Assembly: GCA_011523635.1 (NCBI GenBank)
Contig: WTGI01000013.1
Coordinates: forward strand, 17,177-81,176
Direction of reading: 5' to 3'
Source: Acidimicrobiia bacterium
GTDB lineage: Bacteria; Actinomycetota; Acidimicrobiia; Spongiisociales; Spongiisociaceae
DNA length: 64,000 nt
This document shows positions 8,845 through 19,211 of this stretch, one piece after another. Numbering within the stretch: position 1 is the stretch's first letter; each line of letters begins with the position of its first letter. Under the pieces are notes generated by a model that was not told the origin of the DNA, did not search any database, and saw nothing but the letters and a program-made list of their open reading frames with translations. The position numbers and the translations under genes were made by a program.

Positions 8845-9585
8845 GTGCCGCTCTACCTGGTCGCGGGAGTTCTGGGCCTGTTTGCGGGCCGACTGCTGGT
8901 GAGCCTGATCCGGGCCGAGCTGGAGCGGGCGCCGTTCAGGTCGGCATTGGCCTGCCGTCCGATCTGCGGCTGTCCCGTCCGACCGGCGGACTTCGTGCCT
9001 CTCTGGTGGTGGGCGGGAAGCGTGGACTTCTGTCCACGATGCCACCGGCCGGCCGGAGCTTTCTACCGGTTGGTGGAGCCGGTGACTGCAGTTGCCTGGG
9101 CCGGGACGGTCGGGTTGGTCGGCGTGCGGTGGACCCTGGCATCGTTTCTCTGGATGGTGACGGTGACGGTGGCGCTGAGCTTCGTCGATCTCCGGAGCTA
9201 CCGCCTTCCCAACCGGGTGCTCGTACCCGGCACCGCGGTTGGTTTGCTACTGCTCTCGGGCGGCGCGCTTCTGGACGGTCGGATCGGCGACGTGCCGGAA
9301 GCTTTGGCCAGCGGCCTCGGTTACTCCGTCGCGCTGCTGGTCCCGGCGCTGGCGACCCGAGGAGCCATCGGGATGGGCGACGTCAAGCTGGCCCTCCTGC
9401 TGGGGCTGTTCGCCGGCTACAGCGGCTGGGCAACCGCCGTGGCGGCCCTGGTGGGCGCGTTCCTGCTGGCCGGAGCAGTGGGCGTCCTGCTGCTGGTCCT
9501 GCGCCGCATCACCCGCCACGATCACCTGCCGTTCGGCCCCTTCATGGTCGCCGGCGCCTGGTTCGCGATAGCTCTTGGTTTCTAG
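8845..9585 (+). CDS. Type IV prepilin peptidase (A24 family)
   Basis: Multi-TM protein with GMGDVKL and PFGPFM motifs, plus an N-terminal Cys-rich region (CRPICGCP...CPRC). GTG start. Confidence 0.8.
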   Translation: MPLYLVAGVLGLFAGRLLVSLIRAELERAPFRSALACRPICGCPVRPADFVPLWWWAGSVDFCPRCHRPAGAFYRLVEPVTAVAWAGTVGLVGVRWTLASFLWMVTVTVALSFVDLRSYRLPNRVLVPGTAVGLLLLSGGALLDGRIGDVPEALASGLGYSVALLVPALATRGAIGMGDVKLALLLGLFAGYSGWATAVAALVGAFLLAGAVGVLLLVLRRITRHDHLPFGPFMVAGAWFAIALGF

Positions 9586-9593
9586 TTCCCATA

Positions 9594-9635
9594 TAACTAT
9601 CAACTATTAACTATCAACTAGCAACTATCAACTAG
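9594..9635. repeat. Tandem heptamer repeat (CAACTAT/CAACTAG) x6 in the peptidase-argS intergenic region
   Basis: Direct read: AACTAT CAACTAT TAACTAT CAACTAG CAACTAT CAACTAG. Confidence 0.8.
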
Positions 9636-9661
9636 TGATTGCTGTATCCTGCCGGGTTCGT

Positions 9662-11425
9662 ATGGGCCTTCTCTCGGATCTGACCAGGATCGTGGCGGCC
9701 GGCTTCGAAGCCGCCGGTCTCGATGCCTCGTTCGGCGGCGTTCAGGTCTCGGATCGTCCCGACCTGGGCCAGTTCCAATGCAACGGCGCGCTGGCCGCCG
9801 CTCGGAGCGCCGGTCGTAGCCCTCGCGACATAGCCGGGGAAGTGGTGAGGTGGATCGAGGGCGACCACAGGCTCGCTTCGGTTTCGATCGCCGGGCCGGG
9901 TTTCATCAACCTGACCGTGACCGGTCGGACCCTCGCCGACGGCGTGGACGCCATGGCGCGGGACGAGAGGTTGGGGGTGCCCCCGGTCCGGCAACCGCTT
10001 AACGTGATAGTGGACTATGCGGGGCCGAACGTCGCCAAGGCGATGCATGTCGGGCACCTTCGGGCCACGATCATCGGGGACACGCTCAAGCGGCTGTTCC
10101 GCTTCGCCGGACACGAGGTGCTGGGAGACGCCCACTTCGGTGACTGGGGCCTGCAGATGGGCATGCTCATCGTGGCTACCCGCCGGCGCCATCCCGACCT
10201 GGCTCACTTCGACGGATCCTACGAGGGTCCCTACCAAGACCCCCTCGACGTCACCCTGGCCCATCTCCAGGAGTGGTATCCGGAGATGGCCCGGCAAGTC
10301 GCCGATGACGAGGCGGTGGCCGCGGAGGCCCGGCTTGCCACCACCGAGCTCCAGTCGGGCCGGCCCGGGTACGTGGCCATCTGGGAGCACTTCGTCCGGG
10401 TGTCCCGTGCCTCCCAGGAGCAGGACTTCTCCGACCTGGGGGTGGAGTTCGACCTCTGGTACGGGGAGAGCACCGTCCGGGATCTGCTTCGACCGCTGGT
10501 CGATGACACCCTTGCCCGGGGGATCGCGGTCCGTTCGGAAGGAGCGGTCGTGATCGACGTGAGCCGGCCTGACGACAAGGCCGAGATCACGCCCCTCGTG
10601 CTGGAGACCTCCCACGGGGCCTTCCTCTACGGCACCACCGACGTGGCCACCATCCAGATGCGGGTCTCGGAACTCGGGGCGGACCTGATCCTCTACGTCG
10701 TCGACTCCCGCCAGTCCTACCACCTCGAGCAGGTGTTCCGGGCCGCCCGCCGGGCAGGCTTGTCCGGCGGGGCAGTCATGGAGCACATCGGATTCGGAAC
10801 CATGAACGGGCCGGATGGAACCCCTTTCAAGACGCGTGAGGGCGGCGTGCTCAGGCTGGGAGATCTGATCGAGACGGTTACGGAGGCCGCGGCGGCCCGC
10901 CTGGAGGAGTCGGATCTGGCAGCCCGGTATTCCGGGGCCGAGCGGGAGCTGATCGCCCGCCAGGTCGGTATCGCCGCCCTCAAGTTCGGCGACCTGGTCA
11001 ACAACCGCACCTCCAACTACGTCTTCGACGTGCGCCGCTTCACCGCGCTGGAAGGTAAGACCGGTCCCTACCTGCAGATGGCGACCGTGCGCATGGATTC
11101 GATCCTGGCGCGGGCCTCCCGCCAGGGATTGGCGCCGGGTACCGTCCTGCCGCCGCGCCACGAGACGGAGACCAGGCTCGTGCTACGCCTCCTCCAGCTA
11201 CCCGAGGTGATCGACCGGGCCATTGAACTGCGCGCCCCCAACCATCTGGCTGAGTTCGCCTACGAGGTGGCGGCCGACTTCAGCCGTTTCTACGAGGCCT
11301 GCCACATCCTGACCGAGCCCGACCCCGGGCTGCAGTCCTCATGGTTGGGGACGGTCCGGACCACGCGCCGGGTGCTGGAACTCCTGCTCGACCTGCTGGG
11401 TATCGAAGTTCCGGCTCGCATGTAG
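9662..11425 (+). CDS. argS: Arginyl-tRNA synthetase
   Basis: Class I HIGH motif (HVGHLRATIIGD) and a DALR anticodon-binding C-terminus. ATG 9662 (MGLLSDL) is preferred; the track start is 9635. Confidence 0.9.
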   Translation: MGLLSDLTRIVAAGFEAAGLDASFGGVQVSDRPDLGQFQCNGALAAARSAGRSPRDIAGEVVRWIEGDHRLASVSIAGPGFINLTVTGRTLADGVDAMARDERLGVPPVRQPLNVIVDYAGPNVAKAMHVGHLRATIIGDTLKRLFRFAGHEVLGDAHFGDWGLQMGMLIVATRRRHPDLAHFDGSYEGPYQDPLDVTLAHLQEWYPEMARQVADDEAVAAEARLATTELQSGRPGYVAIWEHFVRVSRASQEQDFSDLGVEFDLWYGESTVRDLLRPLVDDTLARGIAVRSEGAVVIDVSRPDDKAEITPLVLETSHGAFLYGTTDVATIQMRVSELGADLILYVVDSRQSYHLEQVFRAARRAGLSGGAVMEHIGFGTMNGPDGTPFKTREGGVLRLGDLIETVTEAAAARLEESDLAARYSGAERELIARQVGIAALKFGDLVNNRTSNYVFDVRRFTALEGKTGPYLQMATVRMDSILARASRQGLAPGTVLPPRHETETRLVLRLLQLPEVIDRAIELRAPNHLAEFAYEVAADFSRFYEACHILTEPDPGLQSSWLGTVRTTRRVLELLLDLLGIEVPARM

Positions 11426-11565
11426 GCCTCGCCACCGGGCGCCTAGACCACTAAGAGGGTGCCGAAAAAGACGGGAGTGTATTTGGCCCCCGACGGTTTG
11501 ACCTGGGGTTGTGAGATCGGACACGGGCCAAACCGGACATTTTTCAGTACCCTCCTCGCTCCTGC

Positions 11566-12204
11566 TCAACCGCTCCGGTATTCCAGGATGACGAGGAGCA
11601 TCCAGGGCGCGTAGAGCAGGGAAGCAACGTTGCCGGCGATCCACGGGTAGCGGGGTGCTCCGTACTGGAGGGCCGGCCACGCCAGCGCCAGGGCGATCAA
11701 GCCTGCTGGCCAGGCCCGGCCGCCGACCACGCCCAGATAGGCCGGCACGAGGTCGAACAATTCGGAGAAGCGGGCCAGAGTCGAGGTTGCCAAACCTGCC
11801 AGCCGGCCGGTCACCCAGATGCCGACCAGAATGGCCGGCACCCAGGTAAGCAGCGTCTCCCACGGCTCGGCCTCCACCCGCAGAACGGAGGGCCCGAGGC
11901 CCCACTCGGTGGCCATCCCTATGACCGCCGCGCCGAGCATCAACACTGCTACCCCGACCGCCAGGACTTCGGACTCGGGCGGCGCCAGGTCGAGTGTGAG
12001 CAGGCCGAACCCACCCAGGGCCAGCCCGATCCCCATTCCGGCGAGTCCGGTGCCGATGACCGCCAGGACCACCCCGAGCACCATCCGCAGCGACTGCATG
12101 CCGATGGTCGCCCACCGCCAGACCTCGGAACCGGGCTGGAAGATCTGGGGGAGCAGCTCCAGGAGGTTCCGGCGCCGCCGGTCGTATGGCGGGTAGTCGG
12201 TCAC
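11566..12204 (-). CDS. Hypothetical polytopic membrane protein
   Basis: 212 aa, hydrophobic, about six TM segments. It overlaps the glcF stop by 4 nt, suggesting an operon. Confidence 0.55.
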   Translation of the reverse strand: MTDYPPYDRRRRNLLELLPQIFQPGSEVWRWATIGMQSLRMVLGVVLAVIGTGLAGMGIGLALGGFGLLTLDLAPPESEVLAVGVAVLMLGAAVIGMATEWGLGPSVLRVEAEPWETLLTWVPAILVGIWVTGRLAGLATSTLARFSELFDLVPAYLGVVGGRAWPAGLIALALAWPALQYGAPRYPWIAGNVASLLYAPWMLLVILEYRSG

Positions 12205-13448
12205 CTCACGGCAGCCTGTCTATCGGCTCGCTGCAGTGCTTCCCAGTAGATCTCCACCGGATGAGCGACCCGGGCCGCGTGCCCGAGTTCGCTCAGATAC
12301 GAGCGCAGCTGGATCTCGCATCCCGGATTGGCGCTGGCCACGAGAGGTGCTCCGGTCGCTTCCACCTGTTCCGCCTTCGACGAGCCGAGGCGGCGCGACA
12401 TCTCAGGTTCCAGCACGCTGTAGATGCCCGCCGCGCCACAACACAGGCCACTCGGGTCGATCTCGACCACGGTCAGACCGGCCGCGGCCAGGATTGCCCG
12501 GGGCTGGTCGGTAATCCGTTGCACGTGCCGGAGATGGCACGGGTCCTGCACCGCCACCAGGCCGCCATCGGCGCTCAATCGGGGAAGCCTCCCGTCGGTG
12601 ATCGCCTCCGCCACCACCTCGTTCACGTCGGCAACCCTGGCGGCGAGTTCCTCCCCGCCGTCAACCCAATGGTCGTACTCCTTCATGTGGGCCCCGCATC
12701 CGGCCGAGTTGACGACCACCAGGTCCGCACCCCGGAAGGCCGCCATATTCACGGAGGCCATCTTCCGGGTGTCATCCGCCCAGCCGTCATGCGCGGCGAG
12801 CGCTCCGCAACAGGTTTGACTCCGGGGTGAGACGACCTCCCACCCGGCCGCCGCCAGCAGCTCGACGGTGGCCGTGTGTACATCGCCGAACCAGGCGTCC
12901 ATGACGCAACCGGCCACCAGAGCGGCCACCCCCCGTTTCTCCCCCTCCGCGGCCCTGATCCTCCCCACGATCGAGGGAGGCCTTGCTTTGAGCGGTCGGA
13001 GCCCGGTCAGGTTGCCCCGGATCCGGCGCGGCGCCACCCTGGTCAGCTGGAGCGACTGGGCGATCGATGCGGCCAGCGTCCCCAATCGAACCGCCGTCCG
13101 GCTACGCAGCAGGCGGGCCGTCACCAGCCGCCGGAGCCGGCGGTCGATTCCTGAGGTCTGGGCGGCTATCTCGGCTCTCGCTCCCTCCATGGCTCGGCCG
13201 AACGGAACGAACGACGGGCAGACGACCTCGCAGGCGCGGCACTGCAGGCATGCCCCCATGATCTCCTCGAAGCGGCCGTCCACGGGTCGTCCGGCGGCGA
13301 CTGCCGACATCGCGGTCAGCCTCCCTCGCGGCGAGGCGGTCTCGAGTCCAGTCAGCCGGAAGGTGGGGCAGCTGGGCAGGCACAGCCCGCACTGGATGCA
13401 TGAGGAGAGCTCGTCCTCTCGTGGCGCGTAGCGGGTAACCCAACTCAT
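12201..13448 (-). CDS. glcF: Glycolate oxidase iron-sulfur subunit (CCG-domain Fe-S oxidoreductase)
   Basis: Two 4Fe-4S ferredoxin motifs (CIQCGLCLPSCP, CLQCRACEVVCP) and C-terminal CCG domains. Confidence 0.85.
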   Translation of the reverse strand: MSWVTRYAPREDELSSCIQCGLCLPSCPTFRLTGLETASPRGRLTAMSAVAAGRPVDGRFEEIMGACLQCRACEVVCPSFVPFGRAMEGARAEIAAQTSGIDRRLRRLVTARLLRSRTAVRLGTLAASIAQSLQLTRVAPRRIRGNLTGLRPLKARPPSIVGRIRAAEGEKRGVAALVAGCVMDAWFGDVHTATVELLAAAGWEVVSPRSQTCCGALAAHDGWADDTRKMASVNMAAFRGADLVVVNSAGCGAHMKEYDHWVDGGEELAARVADVNEVVAEAITDGRLPRLSADGGLVAVQDPCHLRHVQRITDQPRAILAAAGLTVVEIDPSGLCCGAAGIYSVLEPEMSRRLGSSKAEQVEATGAPLVASANPGCEIQLRSYLSELGHAARVAHPVEIYWEALQRADRQAAVR

Positions 13449-13449
13449 C

Positions 13450-14574
13450 TCAGATACGGCCGGGCAGGATGCCCCGGTTGATCCTGCGGCCGGGATCGAA
13501 CAGGTCGACGATGCGCCGCTGGATCTCGATCGATGGGGGCGGCGTTCCCCACGGGTCGAATGCCCGGGCTACGGACGCGGGCGCGTCCAGCATCACCAGA
13601 GCGCCTCCGAGGGACTCGGCCCGGCCTCTCAATTCTTCGAGTTCCTCGAGGCCGACCGCGTCGGCGGCGACCGTCACCTCGCCGACTCCGAACTGGGCCA
13701 GGTACCTCCAGCCCGGGTCGAGGCGATCGACGATGCCACGCAGGGAGGAGGGAGGGGTCCGCACCGAGAAGCGAACCGCTCCGGACGGATGGTTCGGCCA
13801 GTCCAGCCCGGCGGCGGGTTCGGCGCCCAGCGCGGATGCCTGGCCTGCCACCTCCTCGGGGGTACCTCCGAGGAATACGGCGGCGCCCTCGCGGGTCTCC
13901 AACACGGCGAGAGGCCGATAGGCCACCTCGAGTGCCTCCTCAGGGGACTCCACTGGCACGGTTGCGGATGCCTGGGGGACCGGCCATAGCTTGAGGCAGA
14001 CCCGGGCGATCAGGCCCATGGCTCCGAGCGAGCCGGTGGCGAGGCGGGGGATGTCGTACCCGGTCACGTTCTTCACCACCCGGCCGCCGGCGGTGACCAC
14101 CCGCCCGTCGCTGGACACCAGGGTCGTCTCCAGCACCCGGTCCCGGATAGGGCCGTACCGGAAGCGCCGCCATCCGGATGTGGCGGTGGCGACAGCCCCT
14201 CCCACCGTGCCGGTTCCGGGTTGCTCGGGCAGCAGCGCGGTCTGGCCCTTCGACGCGAGCATCTGTTCGAGTTCCTCGACCAGGACGCCGGCCTCCACGA
14301 CCACGGTCAGGTCGTCCGGTTCCCAAGCCACCACGCGATCCAGCCGGGATGTGGAAAGGACCACGTCGGACGTCACCTGGTGTCCGATGCCGCGGTGCGA
14401 GCCGCCACCGTGGATCCGGATGCGGTCTCCTCCGGCCGGCAGGTTGGCCATCAGGCCGGCTGCCTCCTCGATGGTCTCGGGCGCGGCGGTCGGTAGGCCC
14501 GAGCCCCCATCCGCAGAGGTGGCGAGGCTCAAACCCAGGCTCCCACCGGTGGCGGACGGCCGAAGTCGAAGCAT
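13450..14574 (-). CDS. glcE: Glycolate oxidase FAD-binding subunit
   Basis: FAD-binding PCMH domain (RIRIHGGGSHRGIG). The start is uncertain; the track start overlaps glcD by 45 nt. Confidence 0.75.
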   Translation of the reverse strand: MLRLRPSATGGSLGLSLATSADGGSGLPTAAPETIEEAAGLMANLPAGGDRIRIHGGGSHRGIGHQVTSDVVLSTSRLDRVVAWEPDDLTVVVEAGVLVEELEQMLASKGQTALLPEQPGTGTVGGAVATATSGWRRFRYGPIRDRVLETTLVSSDGRVVTAGGRVVKNVTGYDIPRLATGSLGAMGLIARVCLKLWPVPQASATVPVESPEEALEVAYRPLAVLETREGAAVFLGGTPEEVAGQASALGAEPAAGLDWPNHPSGAVRFSVRTPPSSLRGIVDRLDPGWRYLAQFGVGEVTVAADAVGLEELEELRGRAESLGGALVMLDAPASVARAFDPWGTPPPSIEIQRRIVDLFDPGRRINRGILPGRI

Positions 14575-15959
14575 CGTGAGCCCTGCGGCACGATCTTGCC
14601 GGGGTTCAGCTTTCCGTCGGGATCGAAAGCCTCGCGGATGCGCGCCTGGGCATCGAGGTCCATCTCGTCGAAGACCAGGTGCATGTAGTCCCGCTTCTCC
14701 ATGCCGATGCCGTGCTCACCGGACAGCGAGCCGCCGATGGCCACGCACACCTCGATGAGGTCTCTCCCGGCCGCGTCCACCCGTTCCATGACCCCAGGAA
14801 TCGAAGCATCGAACGACATGAGCGGATGCAGGTTGCCGTCGCCTGCGTGGAATACGTTCAGCATCGGGATGTCGTGACGCTTCGAGATGGCGTAGGTCTG
14901 CTCTATGGCTTCCACCAGCCGGGTCCGGGGTACCACGGTGTCGTGCAGGTAGTAGTCGGGGTTCATCTGGGCGATGGCGCCGAAGGCGGACTTGCGACCC
15001 AACCAGATCCGCTTCCGTTCGGCCTCGTCGGAGGCGATCCTCGTCAGGGTGGCCCGATGGGAGACGGCCAGCCGGCGCACCAGCTCGGCCTCGGCGTCCA
15101 CCGCTGACGGGTGCCCGGTCACCTCGGCGATCAGCACGGCCGCCGCCTCGGTGGGAAAGCCGGCGTTTGCGAAACGCTCCACCGCGATCGTCATCGGCTG
15201 GTCCATCATCTCGAGGGCTGCCGGGATCAGCCCGTTGGCGATGATCCCCGAGACGGTGGCGGCCGCGTTCTGCACCTCGGGAAAGGCGAGGAGGATGGTG
15301 CGGGACGCGGGCGGGTTGGGGAGCAGGTTCACCAGGGCGTCGGTGACGATGCCGAGCGTTCCCTCGGAGCCCACCATCAAGCCGCGTACATCGAGCCCGA
15401 TCGGATCCGGCGCCGGCCCGCCTATCGACACGATGTCGCCGTCCGGTGTCACGATCTCCATCGCGAGCACGTGGTTGACGGTGGTGCCCTCGGCCAGGCA
15501 GTGCGGCCCCCCCGAGTTGTTGGCCACGTTGCCCCCGATCGTGCAAACCGACTGGGAGGAGGGATCGGGCGCGTAGTGGAGCCCGAACGGGGTAGTGTGG
15601 ATGCTGAGGTCCAGGTTGATGACCCCGGGCTGCACCCAGACGCACCTGTTCTCGACATCGACGGGGCCGATCCGGTTCATCCGGGTGGTGACCAGTAGCA
15701 CGTGGGGCCCCGTGGTGACCGCTCCACCTGCCAGGCCGGTTCCCGACCCGCGCGGTACCACCGGCACGCCGTGACGCCCGGCGAGGCGCATGATCGTGGC
15801 TACCTCGCCGGTACTGCGGGGGAAGACAACCAGGCCCGGCTCGCCGCGTACCAGCCCGGAATCCTTGCCGAACACGTAAAGGTCGAGCGGATCCGAGGCC
15901 ACCTGCTCGTCACCGAGCTTGCGGCGCAGTTCTAGTTCGAGTTCGGGAGACGGGACCAC
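14529..15959 (-). CDS. glcD: Glycolate oxidase subunit GlcD (FAD-linked oxidase)
   Basis: 476 aa with FAD_binding_4 (VVPRGSGTGLAGGAV) and an FAD-oxidase C-terminus. Confidence 0.85.
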   Translation of the reverse strand: MVPSPELELELRRKLGDEQVASDPLDLYVFGKDSGLVRGEPGLVVFPRSTGEVATIMRLAGRHGVPVVPRGSGTGLAGGAVTTGPHVLLVTTRMNRIGPVDVENRCVWVQPGVINLDLSIHTTPFGLHYAPDPSSQSVCTIGGNVANNSGGPHCLAEGTTVNHVLAMEIVTPDGDIVSIGGPAPDPIGLDVRGLMVGSEGTLGIVTDALVNLLPNPPASRTILLAFPEVQNAAATVSGIIANGLIPAALEMMDQPMTIAVERFANAGFPTEAAAVLIAEVTGHPSAVDAEAELVRRLAVSHRATLTRIASDEAERKRIWLGRKSAFGAIAQMNPDYYLHDTVVPRTRLVEAIEQTYAISKRHDIPMLNVFHAGDGNLHPLMSFDASIPGVMERVDAAGRDLIEVCVAIGGSLSGEHGIGMEKRDYMHLVFDEMDLDAQARIREAFDPDGKLNPGKIVPQGSRCFDFGRPPPVGAWV

Positions 15960-16029
15960 AGAGCGGAATGGTAGTGGTTAGGGGTTGTCCAACCGGGGGC
16001 AGGGTTAACATCGCGGCAAAGGAGGTCTG

Positions 16030-16287
16030 GTGCCGATCGTCCCCCAATACACCCCCAATCCCAACGCGCTGAAATTCAGCGTCGGGATGGAGGTGGGCGG
16101 TCCCCGTAGCTACGTGCCGGCCAACGCGGGAGACGACCCCGTGGCTGGCGAACTTTTCGGGATCGAGGGAGTGATGAGCGTCTTCATGACCGCCGACTTC
16201 GTCACCGTCACCAAGGAACCCGATGCCGATTGGTCCGGCATCGAACCTGCTGTCGTGGTCATCCTCGAGAGGTACTTTCCGGACTAG
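16030..16287 (+). CDS. Nfu/NifU N-terminal-domain Fe-S scaffold-like protein
   Basis: 85 aa; PNPNALKF motif. An AAGGAGG SD precedes a GTG start. Confidence 0.7.
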   Translation: MPIVPQYTPNPNALKFSVGMEVGGPRSYVPANAGDDPVAGELFGIEGVMSVFMTADFVTVTKEPDADWSGIEPAVVVILERYFPD

Positions 16288-16311
16288 ACAGACCACAAGT
16301 ACGATTCTGGT

Positions 16312-17181
16312 GTGGAGTCAGGCGCAGCACGTCCGGGCCAGGAGGAGCGGCTGCTCTGCGCTCTTAGAGCTATTCGATCCGGCGACGCGGACGGGCTTCG
16401 AGCGGTTCTCGACAGTGCCCCGGAGTTGGTGAACTTGGCGGTGGGTGGCTACACGTTGCTCGAACTGATGACGCAACCCGAAGCCGGACCTGCCTCACCC
16501 GAACTAGTCGAAGTGCTGATCGACGCCGGTGCCGAACTGGATCGGGCCTTGAATCTCGCTGCCTGCTGGAATCTGGCGGATCTCTGCTCCCAACTCCTGG
16601 CGGCCGGCGCCGACCCGACCGCCCGAGCCGACGCCGGCATCACGCCGCTGGAGTCGGCCGCCATGCACAGCTCCACCGAGGCCGCCGACGTGCTGGTAGA
16701 GCATGGACTCCACCGGCACACGCTTTGGCTGGCCGCGGCTGCGGGCCTGCTGCCGATGGTCAGGAATTGGGTGGCGACCGACGGTTCGCTGCTGGCGGAC
16801 CCGGGCCCCTACCGGCCGGACTGGGCCGACGTGGGCAGACCTGTCGGCCGTCCGCCGACCGATGACCCGGCAGAAGTCCTGGACGAGGCCTTCGTGCTGG
16901 CCGCGGCCAACGACCGGAAGGAGGTCGTCGATTACCTCCTGGGTGCGGGGGTGGATGTCGACGCGCGCCCGTACCGGAATACGACCGCCTTGCACTTCGC
17001 CATCCAGTTCGGCCAACTCGAAATGGTACGGCACCTTCTCCGCCAAGGGGCATCCGTCACCATCGAGGATGACACGTACCGTTCGGACGCCGCCGGTTGG
17101 GCGCAGGCGTGCGAGAGTGGCAGCGAGGACGGGGTCGAGATCCACCGACTGGTCAGCGCGGCCCGTTCAAACCGCCCGTAG
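16312..17181 (+). CDS. Ankyrin-repeat protein
   Basis: Several ANK repeats (GYTLLELM, GITPLESAAMHSSTEAADVLVEHG, NTTALHFAIQFGQLEMVRHLLRQGASV). GTG start. Confidence 0.7.
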   Translation: MESGAARPGQEERLLCALRAIRSGDADGLRAVLDSAPELVNLAVGGYTLLELMTQPEAGPASPELVEVLIDAGAELDRALNLAACWNLADLCSQLLAAGADPTARADAGITPLESAAMHSSTEAADVLVEHGLHRHTLWLAAAAGLLPMVRNWVATDGSLLADPGPYRPDWADVGRPVGRPPTDDPAEVLDEAFVLAAANDRKEVVDYLLGAGVDVDARPYRNTTALHFAIQFGQLEMVRHLLRQGASVTIEDDTYRSDAAGWAQACESGSEDGVEIHRLVSAARSNRP

Positions 17182-17423
17182 CCGACTGGCCCGTCGCGAA
17201 GGCCTCGATCGTCGGGCTTCTGGCCGGCGCGGCCTGGCAGATACGGGGACCAGGGTCACAGATGGGCCTCGTGTGTAACGCAAGAAACAGGCCTCCGATG
17301 CGAGTCCCAGCAGTGCTTGTATCACCGCTGCGGTGACCAGCCGACCGTACAGGCCGCTCCGTATCGCCTGTGGGCGGACTCGCACCGTCCCCGCAGGCGT
17401 AGCGTCATCGGGAAACCCGTCGA

Positions 17424-18284
17424 TCAACGTGTCACGGGCCAGCCGATACCGGCCGAGTCCACGACCCAAGCCAGCTCGGTCTCCGGCAGTGGGATCAACA
17501 CCGCCTCGGTCGGCGCCGAGATCTCGGGTAGCGAAAGGGCACGTACCTCGCCGTCCGGCTCTACTCGGAGGTCGACTTCCACCCGTTCCACAGGAAGCCG
17601 CCGGAAGCCGACCCCGTCCGGCGCCACCAGCCGGCGGATCAGCACGAGGGCTCGGTAGGTGTCCGGTCCGGTCTGCGTCACGGATCGGGTCCGGGTCCAC
17701 TCCACGTAGGAGACGGTCTCGGCGCTGGACGGCTCAGGCGCCGCCCCGTCGGGCAGCCGGAGGCCCGAAGCGGCCTGCACCCGCTCGGCCCACACCTCCG
17801 AGGGGTCGATGGTGAAGAACTCCAGCACCAGCCATTCGGCGGTGCCCGCCAAGGCCCGCTCCGTACCCTCCCGGTCGACCGCCATGAGGTCGGCCTCCGA
17901 GAGCCGGGGGGTGACCTCCGGCTCGGCCAGGGCCACGGTGGCCGGCGCCGGTCCCTGGTCAGCCATGCGCGGGAGGGTGGTGGTGGCCAGCGGCTCGGAG
18001 GCGACGGCAATCGGGGTGACCGGCACCAGATCCGGTGCCGAAGGCCGGTTGATCTGGCGGAAGACGACCACGCCCAGCACCACCACGATCAGGCCGGCCG
18101 CGATGCCGTAGACCAGTATCTTGCGGTCGGGTTGGGGTGGGATGGTGAGCTGCTCCCAAGGTATGTGCTCGCTCACCTGGTCGTCGGTTGCGGGTGGGAG
18201 GTTTGGCACGGGCTGACCCTTTCGTTCCTCCCGGTGCCGACGAACATCGCGCGTCCGGACAACATACCCCGAATACCCGGGCAT
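17424..18284 (-). CDS. Hypothetical membrane-anchored protein (single TM, extracytoplasmic domain)
   Basis: 286 aa; TM helix ILVYGIAAGLIVVVLGVVVF. No recognisable domain. Confidence 0.5.
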   Translation of the reverse strand: MPGYSGYVVRTRDVRRHREERKGQPVPNLPPATDDQVSEHIPWEQLTIPPQPDRKILVYGIAAGLIVVVLGVVVFRQINRPSAPDLVPVTPIAVASEPLATTTLPRMADQGPAPATVALAEPEVTPRLSEADLMAVDREGTERALAGTAEWLVLEFFTIDPSEVWAERVQAASGLRLPDGAAPEPSSAETVSYVEWTRTRSVTQTGPDTYRALVLIRRLVAPDGVGFRRLPVERVEVDLRVEPDGEVRALSLPEISAPTEAVLIPLPETELAWVVDSAGIGWPVTR

Positions 18285-18359
18285 TAACAGCCCCGCCGGA
18301 CGACCTGCCGGCCAGGGATAACCGGAAACCGGTCGCGTGCGGACTAACGTTGTTCGCTA

Positions 18360-19021
18360 TGGTGTCCAACCCCGACCCCAGGCCCGGCCGGTGGGTATTG
18401 CCCTTGGTGGTGCTGGGAATGATCCTGTTTACATGGGTCTGGGTGAACCGTCTGGAGCCCCCTGCCGTCGAGATTACGTCCGGGGCGCCGGGTACTACTC
18501 GGCCCACGACGGCGACCTCGGCGCCCGTCGAGGACACCACCGCCGGCAATGGTGAGACCGAAACGCCCGAAGACACCACTCCCACGACCCTCCTGCCGCC
18601 CGAGATCGAGGTGTACCTCACCAACCTGGCAGAGGACAAGGCTGCGCTGGCTGCGCTGGTCGAGGAGTTGAACCGGGTCAATGACTCCTGGGAGAACCGT
18701 GATCAGACGGGCGTTACCTACGCCGATACGGAGGCCGCCATGGTCGCTGCCTCCGAGCGGGCCGTGGTCTTCAGTGAGGCGGTGGAACTCCACCGTCCAC
18801 CTGAGGACGTGGCGGGCTTGACCGACGCTCACCAGCGGGTCTACGAGTCGGCAGCCGCAGTCGCGGAAGCAGCCGCCAACGCTCTGGCCGGTTTGAGGGC
18901 GCCCGACACCGGTGAGCTCCGCCGAGCGGCCGTGGTGGAGTTCCGGGCCGCGGCGGCCAGCTTCGAGCAACAGGTCGACCAGATCAGCGAGATCGTCCGG
19001 CAGGGTTTCGGCGCCGGCTGA
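18360..19021 (+). CDS. Hypothetical membrane-anchored protein with Thr/Pro-rich linker
   Basis: ATG 18360 (MVSNPDP) avoids overlap with the divergent gene; the track start is 18188. Single TM then a TTATSAPVEDTTAGNGETETPEDTTPTT linker and a helical domain. Confidence 0.5.
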
Positions 19022-19135
19022 CGTCTCCGGGAACCCCTTCCCGGCTAGCTCGACTGGAGAATCGACGGCTCGGTTGTCCGGCCGTTCGCCGTGGGACGCC
19101 TCCGCTCTCACCGAGTCCACCGACCAACAGCCCCC

Positions 19136-19164
19136 TTGAATTCATCACCAGATAGCGATACATG
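19136..19164 (+). promoter_or_regulatory. Candidate sigma70-like promoter (TTGAAT-17nt-TACATG) upstream of the small ORF
   Basis: Direct read in a locally AT-richer stretch. The -10 is weak. Confidence 0.3.
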
Positions 19165-19211
19165 GAGTGTGGGATGACTAGAAACAGGTTGTGTAGCTCA
19201 ACATCCATCCC

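Noticed and set aside
9632-11161. 509-aa minus-strand ORF inside argS
   Set aside because: Antisense to argS; same high-GC artefact pattern.
11430-11565. AT-richer convergent intergenic region after argS with a TTTGGCCC…GGGCCAAA stem and a T-run
   Set aside because: It is probably just the argS/membrane-protein convergent terminator region. The stem has a 38-nt loop and the T-run is displaced, so it is too weak to list as a feature or sRNA.
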